DNA of 63,980 nt, counting the filler, from Porpidia crustulata (Eukaryota): the NCBI GenBank assembly GCA_964255105.1. It is 7 parts of 7 records of this genome, joined end to end, with 100 filler letters (N's around TTAATTAATTAA, not from the genome) between each part and the next. Parts side by side here need not be neighbours in the genome. Positions count along the whole stretch, not along the records: positions 37,015 to 46,160 come from CAXUWE010000986.1; positions 46,261 to 55,405 come from CAXUWE010000987.1; 5 more parts are not named here. The stretch is one strand, 5' to 3'. Shown piece after piece: positions 37,015-49,439 of the stretch. The notes under the pieces were generated by a model, which did no database searches, was not told where the DNA came from, and was given only the letters and a program-made list of their open reading frames with translations. The translations under genes were made by a program, and so were the position numbers. Within the stretch, counting starts at the first letter, position 1, and every line of letters starts with the position of its first letter.

Positions 37015-40000
37015 ATATGAGGGGGGGGAGACTTACGTAAGGGAGGGCGGCGAATGGAACGACGACGCCGCAAAAGGCGACGACGAAGAGGAAGAAAATG
37101 GGAACGAGGATGCTGGCGAGGAGTTCGTTGGGGGAGAAGGATGCGATCATCTGGCCGAAGCCGATGTAGAAGAGCTCGAAGAGTATGAGCAGCATCCAGG
37201 TGTATGCGGAATCGAACATGCCACGGCCACGACCAACGGCACCCCACCACCAGCACATGAAATAAATCGTTCCGGCGACGATGGAGTAAGGGATTTCAAC
37301 GAAGATGGCGCCAGTCACAAACGCGACCCATGAATAGATTTTGGAGTTGGCTTCGCGGGATTGGTATATGGCGCGGAACCCGAGGAATTTTGGTTGGAGT
37401 TGTTGGATCAGAGGGGGAGAAATCACCAGGGTCATGAAGATGGAAAACAGGCGGGACTGCATGTCGATTTGGGAAATTCCAACGTGGTAGAATGTAAAGG
37501 TGTTGAAGAGCCCGGTGACGATGTGCAGCATGAACTTGCCGACCATCTAATCTGGAGTGCGCCAGTACGAGACGAAAGAGCGTTTCACGACGGTCCAGAT
37601 TTGGGTTCCGAGTGGCATGGCGTACTCGCGGTCGTCATCGGTCTTGGAATTTGTCGAGACATTTCGACGGTCGTCGATCATTTGTTGGATTTCGATCCCG
37701 CGCTCTTCATGCTCAGTGGATGAGGCCCAAACGTCACCCCAGTCATTTCCCTTATAATTGGGGTCACCAGCGCCAATAGCTTCGAGCATGTATTCTGCTG
37801 GGTTAGCGCTTGGCGGGCACTTCTTCGCGCCGTTCCCTTCGAAATAGTCAATCAGATTACGCGAGTCCTTGCCAAGCGAACCATGGTATACGACTCTTCC
37901 TCCGGACTTCAGAAGTACCAGTTCATCAAAATACTCGAAGAGGACAGACGACGGTTGATGGATCGTCACGAGCAACGCCTGACCGTTATCGGCCAACTTG
38001 CGGAGGAATCGAATGACATTGAATGCCGCACCAGAATCAAGGCCTGAAGTGGGTTCATCCAAGAACAGGAGAAGCTCTGGCTTACTGGCTAATTCGACTC
38101 CAACTGTCACTCGTTTTCGTTGTTCCTGATTTAAACCCTCGCCAATCGTGCCTACGGTAGCACCTGCAATAGCCCTCATCTCAAGCAAATCAATGATTGT
38201 TTCACAGTAGTCGTACTTCTCCTGGATTGGTATTTCCTTTGGCTGCCGAAGAAGAGCAGAAAACCGCAAGGCTTCCCGTACTGTGGCTGTTGGTTCATGT
38301 ACGTCCATTTGCTCGGCAAAACCAGTTGCCCTTTGGAACGATTTTGGGAGAGGTCTTCCATCGACCAGGAAGTCGCCGGTAATTACACCGAAATTGATCC
38401 TCTGAGCCAAGGTGTTCAACAACGTAGTTTTCCCAGCCCCAGAAGCACCCATCAGTGCGGTAAGCTTCTCCGGTCTTACATAAGCTTGGACGTCGTTGAG
38501 TAGCCTTCTCTCTCCCTTTTCGTATGGAATGGTATAGATGACGTTTTGCCAAGTAAAGATAGATTCATTTCTAACAACACCTTTGACTATGTGGCCAGAT
38601 TCTGATCCGCTTGGTTCATCCCGACCAAGTTTCTCGCCCCCAATATTACTGGCTATTTCTTCATCTTCAGATGCACTGCCCTTTTCCAGAGCTTTCTCCA
38701 CAGACTTCGGAGCCTGCCCCCTCTTGAAGATAGTAACAGCTCCGCCACCCGCATTGGGCTTTTGTAGCTCCATCCCTACCATGGTGAGGAACGCGAACAA
38801 GGCAAAGAAAGAAGCAATGATGCCGAAACTGCGCCACAGATGCGATCGTGAATAGGTGAAAGCTATTCGAATGTAGTCCGCTCCGTTGACAGTGCTTTGT
38901 CCAGGCTGACTACCTTGAATGGTGCAAGACTGGTATTGAGGAGTAGCTCCTGGACCTTGAGGAACTATATACGGCGGAACGCATTCGATTTCCAGATTTT
39001 AGAACTCATTAGCCATCAGAGCTTCAAAGCCATACTGCACCGGGTTAATCCAGATCAGCCACTTAAACCATGGATGCATCTTCTGCGAGGAATAAGATAG
39101 CCGGTTTAAACGATTAGCGCTTGGATCGCCACACCAGTAATCTGTGTCGCCACATCAAGCGACTTCACGAGGGCCCCAATGGCTCTGAAAAATGCATACA
39201 TAATCATTGTCATCATCCAGAGAACGAGCAGGCTAATGAAGAACTGCGATGGAGTCCTTGTAAGATCTGCCATGAAGTAGACTACGACATCGAAGATGAA
39301 GACTTGCACAAAGACCAGAGGTACGTCGACTACGGTCTGTGCGATCGCATACGCTGCAGGACGGTAGAAGGAACTATCCAAGAGATTAGCAAAATGGATT
39401 CCAAAGCCTGGATCACACTTACAAGGATTTGTGCTTCAGCAAGATTGGTCGGCTTGCAAAGGCAGAGGTCAGCTCGGCAAGAGCAAGCAGTGCATTGAAT
39501 AAAAGCATGAGAAAAAGTAACGCCACCACGAGTGAAGACTCCCGCAGAAGTTTTGGGCATATTGTAAAAGATTGAGCCGACAATCAGAGCCTGGAAGAAG
39601 ATTCCTCCCCATTTGCCACCCAAAGTGATTGGGTCGCCAAACATGATCAAGAATTGACGGTGAGTACAAGCAACGACCTGTTGAGGAAACGTTAGAGTGT
39701 AATTCTTCTCTTTCGTCGCCCTTGTTCTTGCGGCTAGACGTTCTTGTCTCTGTTCTTCATTGTGTTGCTCCAAGTCTGCGATGTCCTTTAGGTTCCTCTG
39801 ATACATCTCACTATTCCGGTAGGCTACTTCAAATTGCTCAGAAGATCTGGGAATCCGGTCTTCATACCCTTCTCTTACATTTCGCTCGTGCTCATCCGTG
39901 ACCGATGTTAGGAAATCGGCTGTCGTCCAACGCTGAGGCCTGGCAAACCCAAGTCCTTCGAAATACGCGGCAGCATCCTCGATTGGTCCATAGTAAAGAC

Positions 40001-41446
40001 ATTTACTTTCGTCGATAAGAACAACTTTGTCGAATAAGTCATACAGATTCTCCCCCGCCTGATACAACGCAACGGATGTTGAGATGCGAGCCATATTGGT
40101 GAGTGATCGTAACGATTGAACGTATCCGAGGGCTCTGCTAGCATCAAGGCCTCGGGTGGAGTTGTCCCAGCATTGGATGCTCGCTCTTGTGATCATGGCT
40201 TCTGCAATACTGACGCGCTGCTTTTCTCCTCCGGAGACGCCACGCACAAATTCGTCGCCCACTTTCGTTCCCATAGTATGTTCGATCCAGAATAGTTTGG
40301 AAACTACACGGAGAAATTTGCTTATATAATCCTTTCGGCTTTCTCCTGCGTTTCGTGACTCCTTCCCAGGTGTCCTAGTTTTCAGCGCAAACTCGAGAGT
40401 ATTCTTGACGCTTAAAGTTGCATAGTGTAAGTCATCTTCACTATTATAAAGGACCTCGCCGCGGAAGTGTTTACCCATGGTCTTTGCATCGGTACCGCCA
40501 TAGGTGACATCGCCTTCAATACTCTCAAGCCCAAACCTTTGGTTCGCCAAAACCTTCAAGAAGGTAGAACACCCTGATCCAGGCCGACCTAAGACCAGTA
40601 ACATCTCACCGGGGCGGACACATCCTGAGAATCTATCTAAGATTGTCCTAATCGGTGGTTTACCGCCTGCTCGTTTTGGTCCGTGCGTAAACAGGCTTTT
40701 TAGAAATCGAGGGAGACCTAGGAAGGGTCGCTAAGCGTTGGTTGCAATGCAGCACCCAAGCCCATCCCCTTCACTGTAACATTCTTGAATACCAAGCCGA
40801 TGTGTCTGGTCTTCTCTTCTTCGGATTGGCCCTGTCGCCCCTTGCCAAACATGCGTGACATTAGTCGTTCAATCTCAGCCTGCTCCTCCTCCTCCTCCTC
40901 TTCCTCTTCACCACTGGGTACATATGTACCTTGACGACCACTTTGGTTGGTCCGCTTTCGACTGAGAACCCTGAAGAGTTCATCCTCTGTAACCGTACTC
41001 GACATCTTTCTTGCCACAATAGGTCGCTTTGAGGCATCTTTACTGTGTAATATCTTGATGGGCTCGAATCCACCAACTTCTTCGATGTCTTCGTCTTCGT
41101 TGAGTTGAAGAGACGGAGCCCTGTGGCACTTTGGTTCCATCCCAATTAAGGTTGCAACAGCCGCTGACTTCGAGTCTACGTTCGAGAGAACTGCTGTACC
41201 ATCGCTCGAGGTTCGACTTGGTGCTTCTGTATCTATGGTTGAGACGGGAAGATTACCGGCAACGCTGGTTGCCGAGCCATTGACCGCAGGCAACGCCTGA
41301 TCAGTACCAGGTCCAGTCTGATGCTGTGAAGGCGTTCCCGGACTAACAGTAGTTAAGTATTGCTGCCTAAAACCATTTGCAGACGCTGACGGCCATATAC
41401 CAGGCAATGTCTCCATGGGAGGGCGTTCAGCTGGATCTATAGCCAT
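37015..41446 (-). pseudogene. Full-size PDR/ABCG multidrug transporter (AtrF-like), disrupted; 3' end beyond the gap
   Basis: NBD1 GRPGSGCST/VSGGE/CWDNSTRGLD and NBD2 GASGAGKTT/LNQEQRKR/FLDEPTSGLD. Frameshifts at ~40725, ~39519 and ~39087. In-frame stops at 39106-39108 (TAA), 38999-39001 (TAA) and 37547-37549 (TAG). One true intron at 39374-39422. Confidence 0.85.
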
Positions 41447-42795
41447 GACAAACAGGGACCTTCCAAATCGGCTGAGCGCAACTATCTCTTTTGCTACAGA
41501 ATGAGGTGAAAATGGCGACAGCCGACACCATACCAAACGCCAAGATATATACAAAATAAAATGCTGACAGGGTACGGCAGATCCGTTATCATGAACCAAG
41601 CTTGACAGATCCCACATCAAATATCTTCACAGGGTCCATGGCTAGTTTAATGACAACTGCCTTGGGGTGACATCCAATGACATCCAAGCAGTGAGGTCGA
41701 AGGAAGCCGCACGGATACTGCAACGTCCCAGTCCGTAGTTGACGACCCATCAACGGCAATCTGGAACGACGAACAGCCTGGACGCGGCAAGGCGATGTCG
41801 CAAAGTCTAACCATCATATACTGAGCTTGATTCCACCGGGGTCGTCGTAGGTACGAGTTAAGTCGTTGAACCCTTTTTGATAGGGATGTCTCGCTCAATT
41901 GACTTTTAGTATCCCTGTGATCTATAAAGGAAGTCGTTGCCGATATTCCATCCATTGGATCTTGCTGATAGGCGGTATACGCCACTGTGTCGTACTAAGA
42001 TAAAACAGGAAGACAATACAAATAATGGCGTGTAAGCAACGAATTATTACTTCGTACTCTTCAAAAATGTAGGATCATTTAGAGCCGTTCAATGAGGAGG
42101 TGATATGATCCCTAACGCCCCTTTCTCTTCTAGCTCCCCTGATCGTTCTTTATATTCCATGTATTCTCCATCGTCTAGTCCTCCTGCCATCTGCCTCCTT
42201 TATCCCCTGTGGCTTCTCTATTTCGTCCACCCGGCTCCTGCGCCTGCGGCATTGTTCCATTTTGCCCCTGCTTCTGTTCCGTGAAGATTCGATAGAAAAT
42301 CAGATGAGCAGCCTAACACCAGGCATACTGAGGATGTAGGGTAGGCTGCTGATCCTAGAACTAAGCCGCCTATGTGGGGAGGGAAAAGTTCACAGCAAGT
42401 AAAGCTTTATGTGCGCCCAACTTTATGAGGCAAGAACAACGCTAAAGGTGGGAGGCAGGTACAGCAGTAGACCAGATGGGGACTAGCGTCAGGGTATGTA
42501 TTCGTGTCTCGCCGTCGCGCCAGACTTTATCTCCACACAAAATAGATGCGTCCAGGGTGACAAGTGACTTGTCTGGATAGCTTCAAGTTGATGAAGGTCA
42601 TGGCAATAGAAGTGTCATTGTCGTTACTTCTCAGTAGTTCCTTCTACGTACCGACAGGCTCTGTATAGCGGTTGCCAATTCGAGGGGTCTCTTTCTCGAG
42701 TCATGATGTAAATAATATCAATTAATCGGCAAACTGGTTTACCAAACACCACAATGTTCAAGCCATGATCTGTCTTCTACTTGACGACGACGGAG

Positions 42796-45700
42796 ATGGC
42801 ACAATCAACCGCAGAGCCGGAGGTGAATTATTTTGTCTGCACTCTTGGTCAGGCAGCCACGTTGAATGCAGCAGCTCCGCATGCGTTTAGAACGGTCAAT
42901 GACTTGCTTGATGTGCACGCACGACGGATTCCAGAGTATCCCGCTGTCGGGTTTCCGGTCCCAAACAATGACGCGAAGCATGAGTGTGCAGCATGGCAGC
43001 AAAGAATCTTGAGTATGGCCATGTGAGGCTGATCATTGAACGAAAAGAATCTGACATGTTGATTCCCTCAGCGTTCGACGATCTACGCCGAGGATCTATC
43101 GCTATGGGCCAAGCTTTATCAGTATCGCTACGGCGATCAAGAAGAACCGTGGCACTGCTATGTCCAAGTTCAATTGATTTTCTGTTCGCATGGCTCGGTT
43201 TAATGAGGATGGGCCATTCCGTCCTTCTCATCGCGTACGTGCCTCAATGTGTATTCGTATTGAAACAATATAGAGGCTGAGTCGAGTATCGTAGGCCTCA
43301 ATGCAAGCCTTCGGCCATTGTACATTTATGCAAATCCTGTGGTGTTGGTGAGCTGTTCTATGACAGCACCTATGTTAGCCTCGCCTGGCAATCAGAAGCA
43401 TTAGCTTTGAAATCATTACTCGTGATTCGCTTGCCAGGGTCCGAGCGAAGAGATGATATAATCAAAACTGGCTTTGTCAAGGGAGATCCTTTGTCAACCA
43501 CGGATGGGGCTCATATAGCATCGGGAACTGATGTTGCCTACCTACACCATACATCAGGTACCTCTACTGGCCTCCCAAAGCCAATCCCCCAGACCCACCG
43601 CGCTGCGGTTGATGTCCTTCCCTGGCTTGATAAAGCGTCTCGCAATGCAACATTTACCACAACGCCTTTATACCATGGGGGTATAGCCGATTGCTTTCGT
43701 GCCTGGACTAGTTGTGCCATGGTCTGGCTTTTCCCCGGGAAAGAATTACCAATCACTGCTCAAAATATCATGAAATCGTTGGAAAGAGCGCAAAGTTCCT
43801 CTGAATGCCAGAATCTTCCACCTGTCACCTATTTCTCTTCTGTTCCCTACGTACTACAGATGGTAGCTGAAGATACCAGTGGTCTAGAAATGCTCAAAAG
43901 CATGGATATTGTTGGCGTGGGGGGAGCTGCGCTGCCTCAAAAGATTGGGGATGATCTTGTTGAGCAAAACATCAACTTGATTTCAAGATTCGGCAGCGCT
44001 GAATGTGGATTCATAATGTCCTCCCATCGACAGTATACATTGGATAAGGAATGGCAATATCTTCGGAACTATGGATCAAAAGCACTGACTTTTGAGCCCC
44101 GAGAAGATGGATTAGCAGAGTTGGTCATTCTACCTCAATGGCCGCATGTGGCGAAGCATAATCGAGATGATGGCTCTTTTGCGACGGCCGACTTGTTTGC
44201 TGCGCATCCAACCATCCCCAATGCGTGGAAATACCACTCCCGTGCTGATTCACAATTGACTTTGATTACCGGCAAAAAGTTCGATCCAGCCCCTTTTGAA
44301 GCTGCGATAGCGACCTCTCCAATGGTAAGTGATGTCTTGATTTTCGGTAATGGCCAGCAGTATCCAGGAGCTCTGCTGTTTCGCTCATCGCTATTTCTGG
44401 AAATGTCGAATGAACAGCTTTTGGACAACATCTGGCCTCTCATAGAGAAGCTCAACGCTGAAAGTCAAGGCCATGCTCGTCTGTCAAAGTCGATGTTGGT
44501 AATAATGGGTAAAGACGTATCTGGACTGGATAAAAGTAGCAAAGGCACGGTTCTGAGGGGATTGGCTGAGAGTGAATATCGCGCAGATATTGATAGGGCC
44601 TATGTGGGTACATCTGATACAGATACTGCTAGGCAGGGACCAAACTCGGAATCAAGTGTTCCAGATCAAGACATATCAATCGCTGTATTGGAAATAATAA
44701 AGACCGTTATCAGTTCTGCAGAACCAATACCTGAAGATGCGGATTTGTTTTCTTTTGGCGTTGACTCCGTTGCATGCATGCAAATTAGAGCCCTCTTACA
44801 AAATGTGAGTAAATTGACGCATAGACAAACACGTCTTAACCTTTCGCTAGAGAATCCTTTCACCCCAAATGCCTAAACTCCCGGTCAATGTTGTATACGA
44901 TTGTGGAACTATTGACAGGTACTTTAGGATCCTCACTATCTAGATTTACACGCTGACCATATTCTAGTCTTTCTAAATACCTATTCAACATCCGAAAAGG
45001 CCAGGTCACCGAAAAAGAAGATGAATTACAGCTCATGCTTGATCTTGTCCAAGAGTATAGCGCTTTTCATCCCAAACCCCCGGGACAATCGACAGACCCT
45101 ATTAGCAAGCCCCTTAAACCTACTATTGTAATGCACCTTTCAATAATCATCCTATTTCTAACACTCATACTGACATTATAAGGTCCTCACTGGCGCCACG
45201 GGCTCACTGGGCGCAAGTATCCTCTCGCTTTTGCTCTCACATACTTCCTCTCCACATATCACCTGCCTCGTCCGCGCCGCGAATCCCGATGCCGCGTATT
45301 CCCGTGTCTCAAAGGCTATAATCGCACGGCATCTTCCTCCCCTTGCCCAGAGCTCAAACATCACCTGCCTACCCGTGAAACTATCAGAGCCCAATTTGGG
45401 TCTTTCAAGAGAAGACTATTCAAGCTTGGTAGCGAACTCAACACTGATTATTCACGCCGCTTGGGCCGTCAACTTCCGCGCTACGCTCCGGTCCTTTATC
45501 AAAGACCACATCCTCGGTCTCCATAATCTCATCACTTTTGCCCTATCCAGCTCCCATCCTCATCATCCCAGATTCCTCTTCTGCTCCTCAACCGCCAGCG
45601 TCACGTCCTCCCCTTCCCCCGTCAAAGAATCTATCTCCCGCTCGCCTGCAACAGCATCACCACTAGGCTATTCCCGTAGCAAATGGGTTGCCGAAGATAT

Positions 45701-46160
45701 CTGCGCCAACGCTTACAAGAATACCAGCATGAAGGGCAGACTTACGGTGCTGAGAATCGGTCAACTCTACGGCGACACCACCCACGGCGTCTGGAACATG
45801 AGCGAGGCCTGGCCCTTGATGCTCAGCAGCGTCACGGCCACGGGTAGCCTCCCCGATCTGAAAAATCAGGCCCTGGACTGGCTTCCCGTCGACATCGCCG
45901 CCACAGCCGTGCTCCAAGCCGGCGGCATCAACACCACCACCGATCTCGCTATTAATCCAGAAACCGAGGACGGAGAAATCCCAGTCTACCACATTCTGAA
46001 CCCGCACTCCACACCACAATGGCAAGACCTCCTCCGCTGGCTCCGCCGCCTGCATTCGGATTTCGAGGCGGTACCGCCGAAGGAATGGGTGGAGCGGCTG
46101 GAGAATCTGACGGGGGAGGGAGCGGGACATCCGGCGAGGAAATTGGTGGGGTTGTGGAGG
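42796..46160 (+). CDS. NRPS-like A-T-R enzyme (carboxylic-acid-reductase-like); exons 42796-43012, 43072-43234, 43295-44804, 44851-44918, 44968-45127, 45183-gap
   Basis: A domain [41 protein letters not shown]. Carrier domain FGVDSV. SDR reductase [32 protein letters not shown]. Frame is intact across five GT-AG introns. Confidence 0.93.
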
Positions 46161-46260
46161 NNNNNNNNNNNNNNNNNNNNNNNNNNNNNNNNNNNNNNNN
46201 NNNNTTAATTAATTAANNNNNNNNNNNNNNNNNNNNNNNNNNNNNNNNNNNNNNNNNNNN
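46161..46260. other. Artificial contig spacer
   Basis: 44N-TTAATTAATTAA-44N. Confidence 0.98.
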
Positions 46261-46615
46261 GGCATGGTGGTGATGGGTGGATAGGAAGGCGAAATCCTGA
46301 AGGAAAGGCGATGGGAATGATGGAGATGAAATTTGATGCGGGATAGGTTGGTAACCCTAATGCTAAGCCTATTTAGGGGGTGGTGTACGGGTATTGAAAG
46401 GGTGGTGTACGGATAGGGTAGGGTGGTGTATCGTTATTGTGACCCTTATTTAATGCTTATTCCAGAAGCGGTCGACAGCCTTCAACAGTTTAAACACGCT
46501 CAATCCTCCCCTTCCCACCGTTCAGCATGCCTGCGAGAGCTTCGAAACCAGAGGTAGACACTAAGCGACCAATTCATCAACAGCAATCATCAGCTTTCCC
46601 TTCATCCATCTGCAT

Positions 46616-48036
46616 ATGCCACGACTGACAAAACGGCATCGCGCCGACAAAGCAGAGCCGCCTCGAGAGAAACGACAGTGCGTGTCTGGACCCGCGAGGC
46701 CAACCAAACGGCAGCGAGGTGTCAAATACGTTGGCCTATCCAATTCCGATCCCAAACGGCCTAAACACAGCCATACAGCCCACATTATCGATGCCAAAGA
46801 AAGCTACGTCGTCGATTGGTTGTCTGGTTTATCCCCACCCCGGCGCCGGAAACCGCCCAACATCATGCCTGCGAACCATCCTCTTCCCTCACCATGCTCA
46901 AGTAGCGGTTCGTCTAAGAAGTCAGATGAGACTACCGCGTGACCGACGGCAGCTACAGAACCTTGTTGCGTCACCGCAATATCCGCATTGAGGCTGAGTA
47001 CCCGCCTACGGAATTGATGCAGCGAGCGCGGGAGATCACATCGCGCCCACGGATGTCGCCCGAGATGGACGATCGCACCTTCACAGAGCTAATGAAGATC
47101 CGAAGAGAGATCCAGGACAAGGGCGAGGACGAATTGATCCGCCAGATAGCCCCGTCCGTCATCCCTGGCTTCAACGTACTACCCAATCTCAAAATCGCAA
47201 GGAGTTCTAATCAAGTGTGGTCCAACTCTGTCCCTGTTCCCCTTGCTCCAGAACTTCTTTCGACGCCACTCCCTCTTCCGAGGCCTAAACCGGATCTGGC
47301 ATTTGGAATCTCTGAGGCCGCCTTCAACAGGAATCAGCTTGCGGCCATTGGTCTCTTAGTACATGATCAATTTGGCACTAGCTACGCTGCACCCGATCAG
47401 GGCCTTCATTTTCCATTCCTCAATGTCGAATTCAAATCACAGGCGAAGAACGGAACACTCTATGTCGCAACAAACCAAGCCGCTGGTGCTGGCGCCATTG
47501 CCATGAATGGCTATCTGGAATTGATGTTGCGCAGTTTTGGCTTGGACAGCTTCAATTTTAACGAGCCTTTGTTCTTCTCAGTGACCATGGACCATAAGAT
47601 GGCCTGTTTGAACGTCCACTGGGTACGCAATCAAGCTGAAATCGGTCAATACAGCTTCCACCTCGATGAGGTGTCAATGCATCCCATGGACAATGCAAAT
47701 GACGTCCGAGACCTCGTACGCGCAATCAAGAACATCCTCGAGGAATTCTCCGACACACGCCTACACAATCTTCACGCCGCTCTTGATGAGTACCGGAGAA
47801 GGGTCCTCGCATCTGCGCCACCCGAGCGCCAGAAACGGGGCAACAGGGCACTGCGCAATCAAGCAAGAGAGGTTTTGGCTGCTGGCAGGAAGGAAGATGT
47901 CTTCGAAGAGGGGGAAGAGGAAGACGCGCAGTCCCGGCCGCAGCCCCATGGTCGGTCGAAGCGGACAGCTACACGGCGGGCCGACATCCCAACCACAAAT
48001 GTCCGCACGAGGCTAATGGCCGCTACAGGGTTATGA
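46616..48036 (+). CDS. Fungal protein with PD-(D/E)xK-like core (DUF7924-like); N-terminal part out of frame at ~46939
   Basis: ORF 46939-48036 has PKPDLAFG..FPFLNVEFKSQA..ATNQAAGAGAIA..FFSVTMD..LNVHW. Upstream ORF 46616-46942 (basic, disordered) overlaps by 4 nt in another frame. Confidence 0.7.
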
Positions 48037-48454
48037 ATGTTGGTCGGCAATCTCTGTAGGATAAATGTTGGTGGAGGAGTTACGGAAGTCACGTCACCGA
48101 GGTCAGCAGCTTCCAAGGGTGGCTGAAGCAGGTTCTCATTACTCCTACCTTTGTTTGCAGTATAGCAAGCAAGCAAGAACCCGTTATTTTGACTGCTTGC
48201 GGCCATATGCAATTGCAACAATAATAACTTAGGCACAGATTACTCACAAAGATATCGCAAAGCAAGCAATAGAGTGGATGTAAGAGAAGAAAAGATTCCG
48301 AAGAAAATATCGTTTCGAATAGTGCTATTCTCTCAGCAATGTCAATTCGTCCAAAGTCCGCCACACATCCTTTTCTTCAATCTCCGACCTCCAAAAAAAA
48401 GTTCACCGAGTCACAAGAGCAATGATTGCCGCCGCGAGGCTTCCTCGGCAACGA

Positions 48455-48518
48455 CATGTAGACGTGAAGAGATATCGTAGTGCGTATGTAGACGTGAAGT
48501 GGTATCGTAGTGCGTATG
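48455..48518. repeat. 30-bp tandem duplication (ATGTAGACGTGAAGWGRTATCGTAGTGCGT x2)
   Basis: atgtagacgtgaagagatatcgtagtgcgt followed by atgtagacgtgaagtggtatcgtagtgcgt. Confidence 0.85.
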
Positions 48519-49439
48519 ACGATTGTAGTGAGCGGAATGAGTTAATTGATAGTATCGAGGCTTGACAAATGAAAGAATCTGATTGAGAAGTCCGGGTAAC
48601 AAATGCTGTGCTGCTTCATGTCGATATCTTCATCTTGGTTTCCTGCACGCAGTGACTTGAAGAATTGCCTCATGATGTCCATGCCTGCATTTTCCTTCGC
48701 TGCAAACAGGTCGAACGTGTCGTTGGTAATGAAGAGTGAAGAAAAAGTTGTGATGCTCTTCTGGAAGAGCACGCTTGCCCATGAGATGGTGTTGCAAACC
48801 GGAGAGGAAGAAGGCAAGGAGGATGAGAACGATGATAGAAATGAGGTGATGGACGATGAAGGGCATGATGAGCGACTGGCTTTCTGAACAAAGCAGGAGA
48901 GGGGGACTTGTATAAACCACAGCTTACAGAGCACAGACCATGATAATTTTTAGACTCAGTTCGCATGAAGCGGAGGATGAGGGCTCTTAGTAATGGACCC
49001 GGGCAAGTGTGGAAATGCCTCCGAAAATGCATCACAAAACCTCCAGTTTCGACGACAAGCTCACAGGTAGTCAGATTTCTAGTTGTAAATTCGAGATCTT
49101 TGTTAGTCTACAACCCAGCTGTCCCGGGCCGATTTCTCCTGATGGAAGATTTTTTCGGATCTGGTGTTCCAGCTTTGATAAATCTTTGTGGTACTATTCA
49201 TGTCTCTCTACTCGGATTTCGGTAAGCCGTCTTCAAATGTCCCGCTAGTTTGATCTCTGGTACCATCCTGGGCAGCTGAAAGAGCAAAGCCAACCTTTTT
49301 CGCCCGTTTGAGCCAGCCGCTCTGGTGGAAGTTGATACCATCGGAAATGGACTGTGTATACTCGTCTTTGACATTAGGCTTATGTGATGTATCTTGTAAT
49401 TGGCTCGTCGAAATACACTGGATAGAAAAGAGGAAGACA

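Noticed and set aside
37547..39108. Stop-codon reassignment (TAA/TAG = Tyr) or A-to-I stop correction
   Set aside because: TAA and TAG terminate conserved genes here (PP2A ends TPDYFL-TAG; VPS26 and PDB1 end TAA). Editing would give Trp, and the three frameshifts would remain.
48455..48518. CRISPR-like repeats
   Set aside because: Two adjacent copies with no spacer in a eukaryotic genome; a simple tandem duplication.
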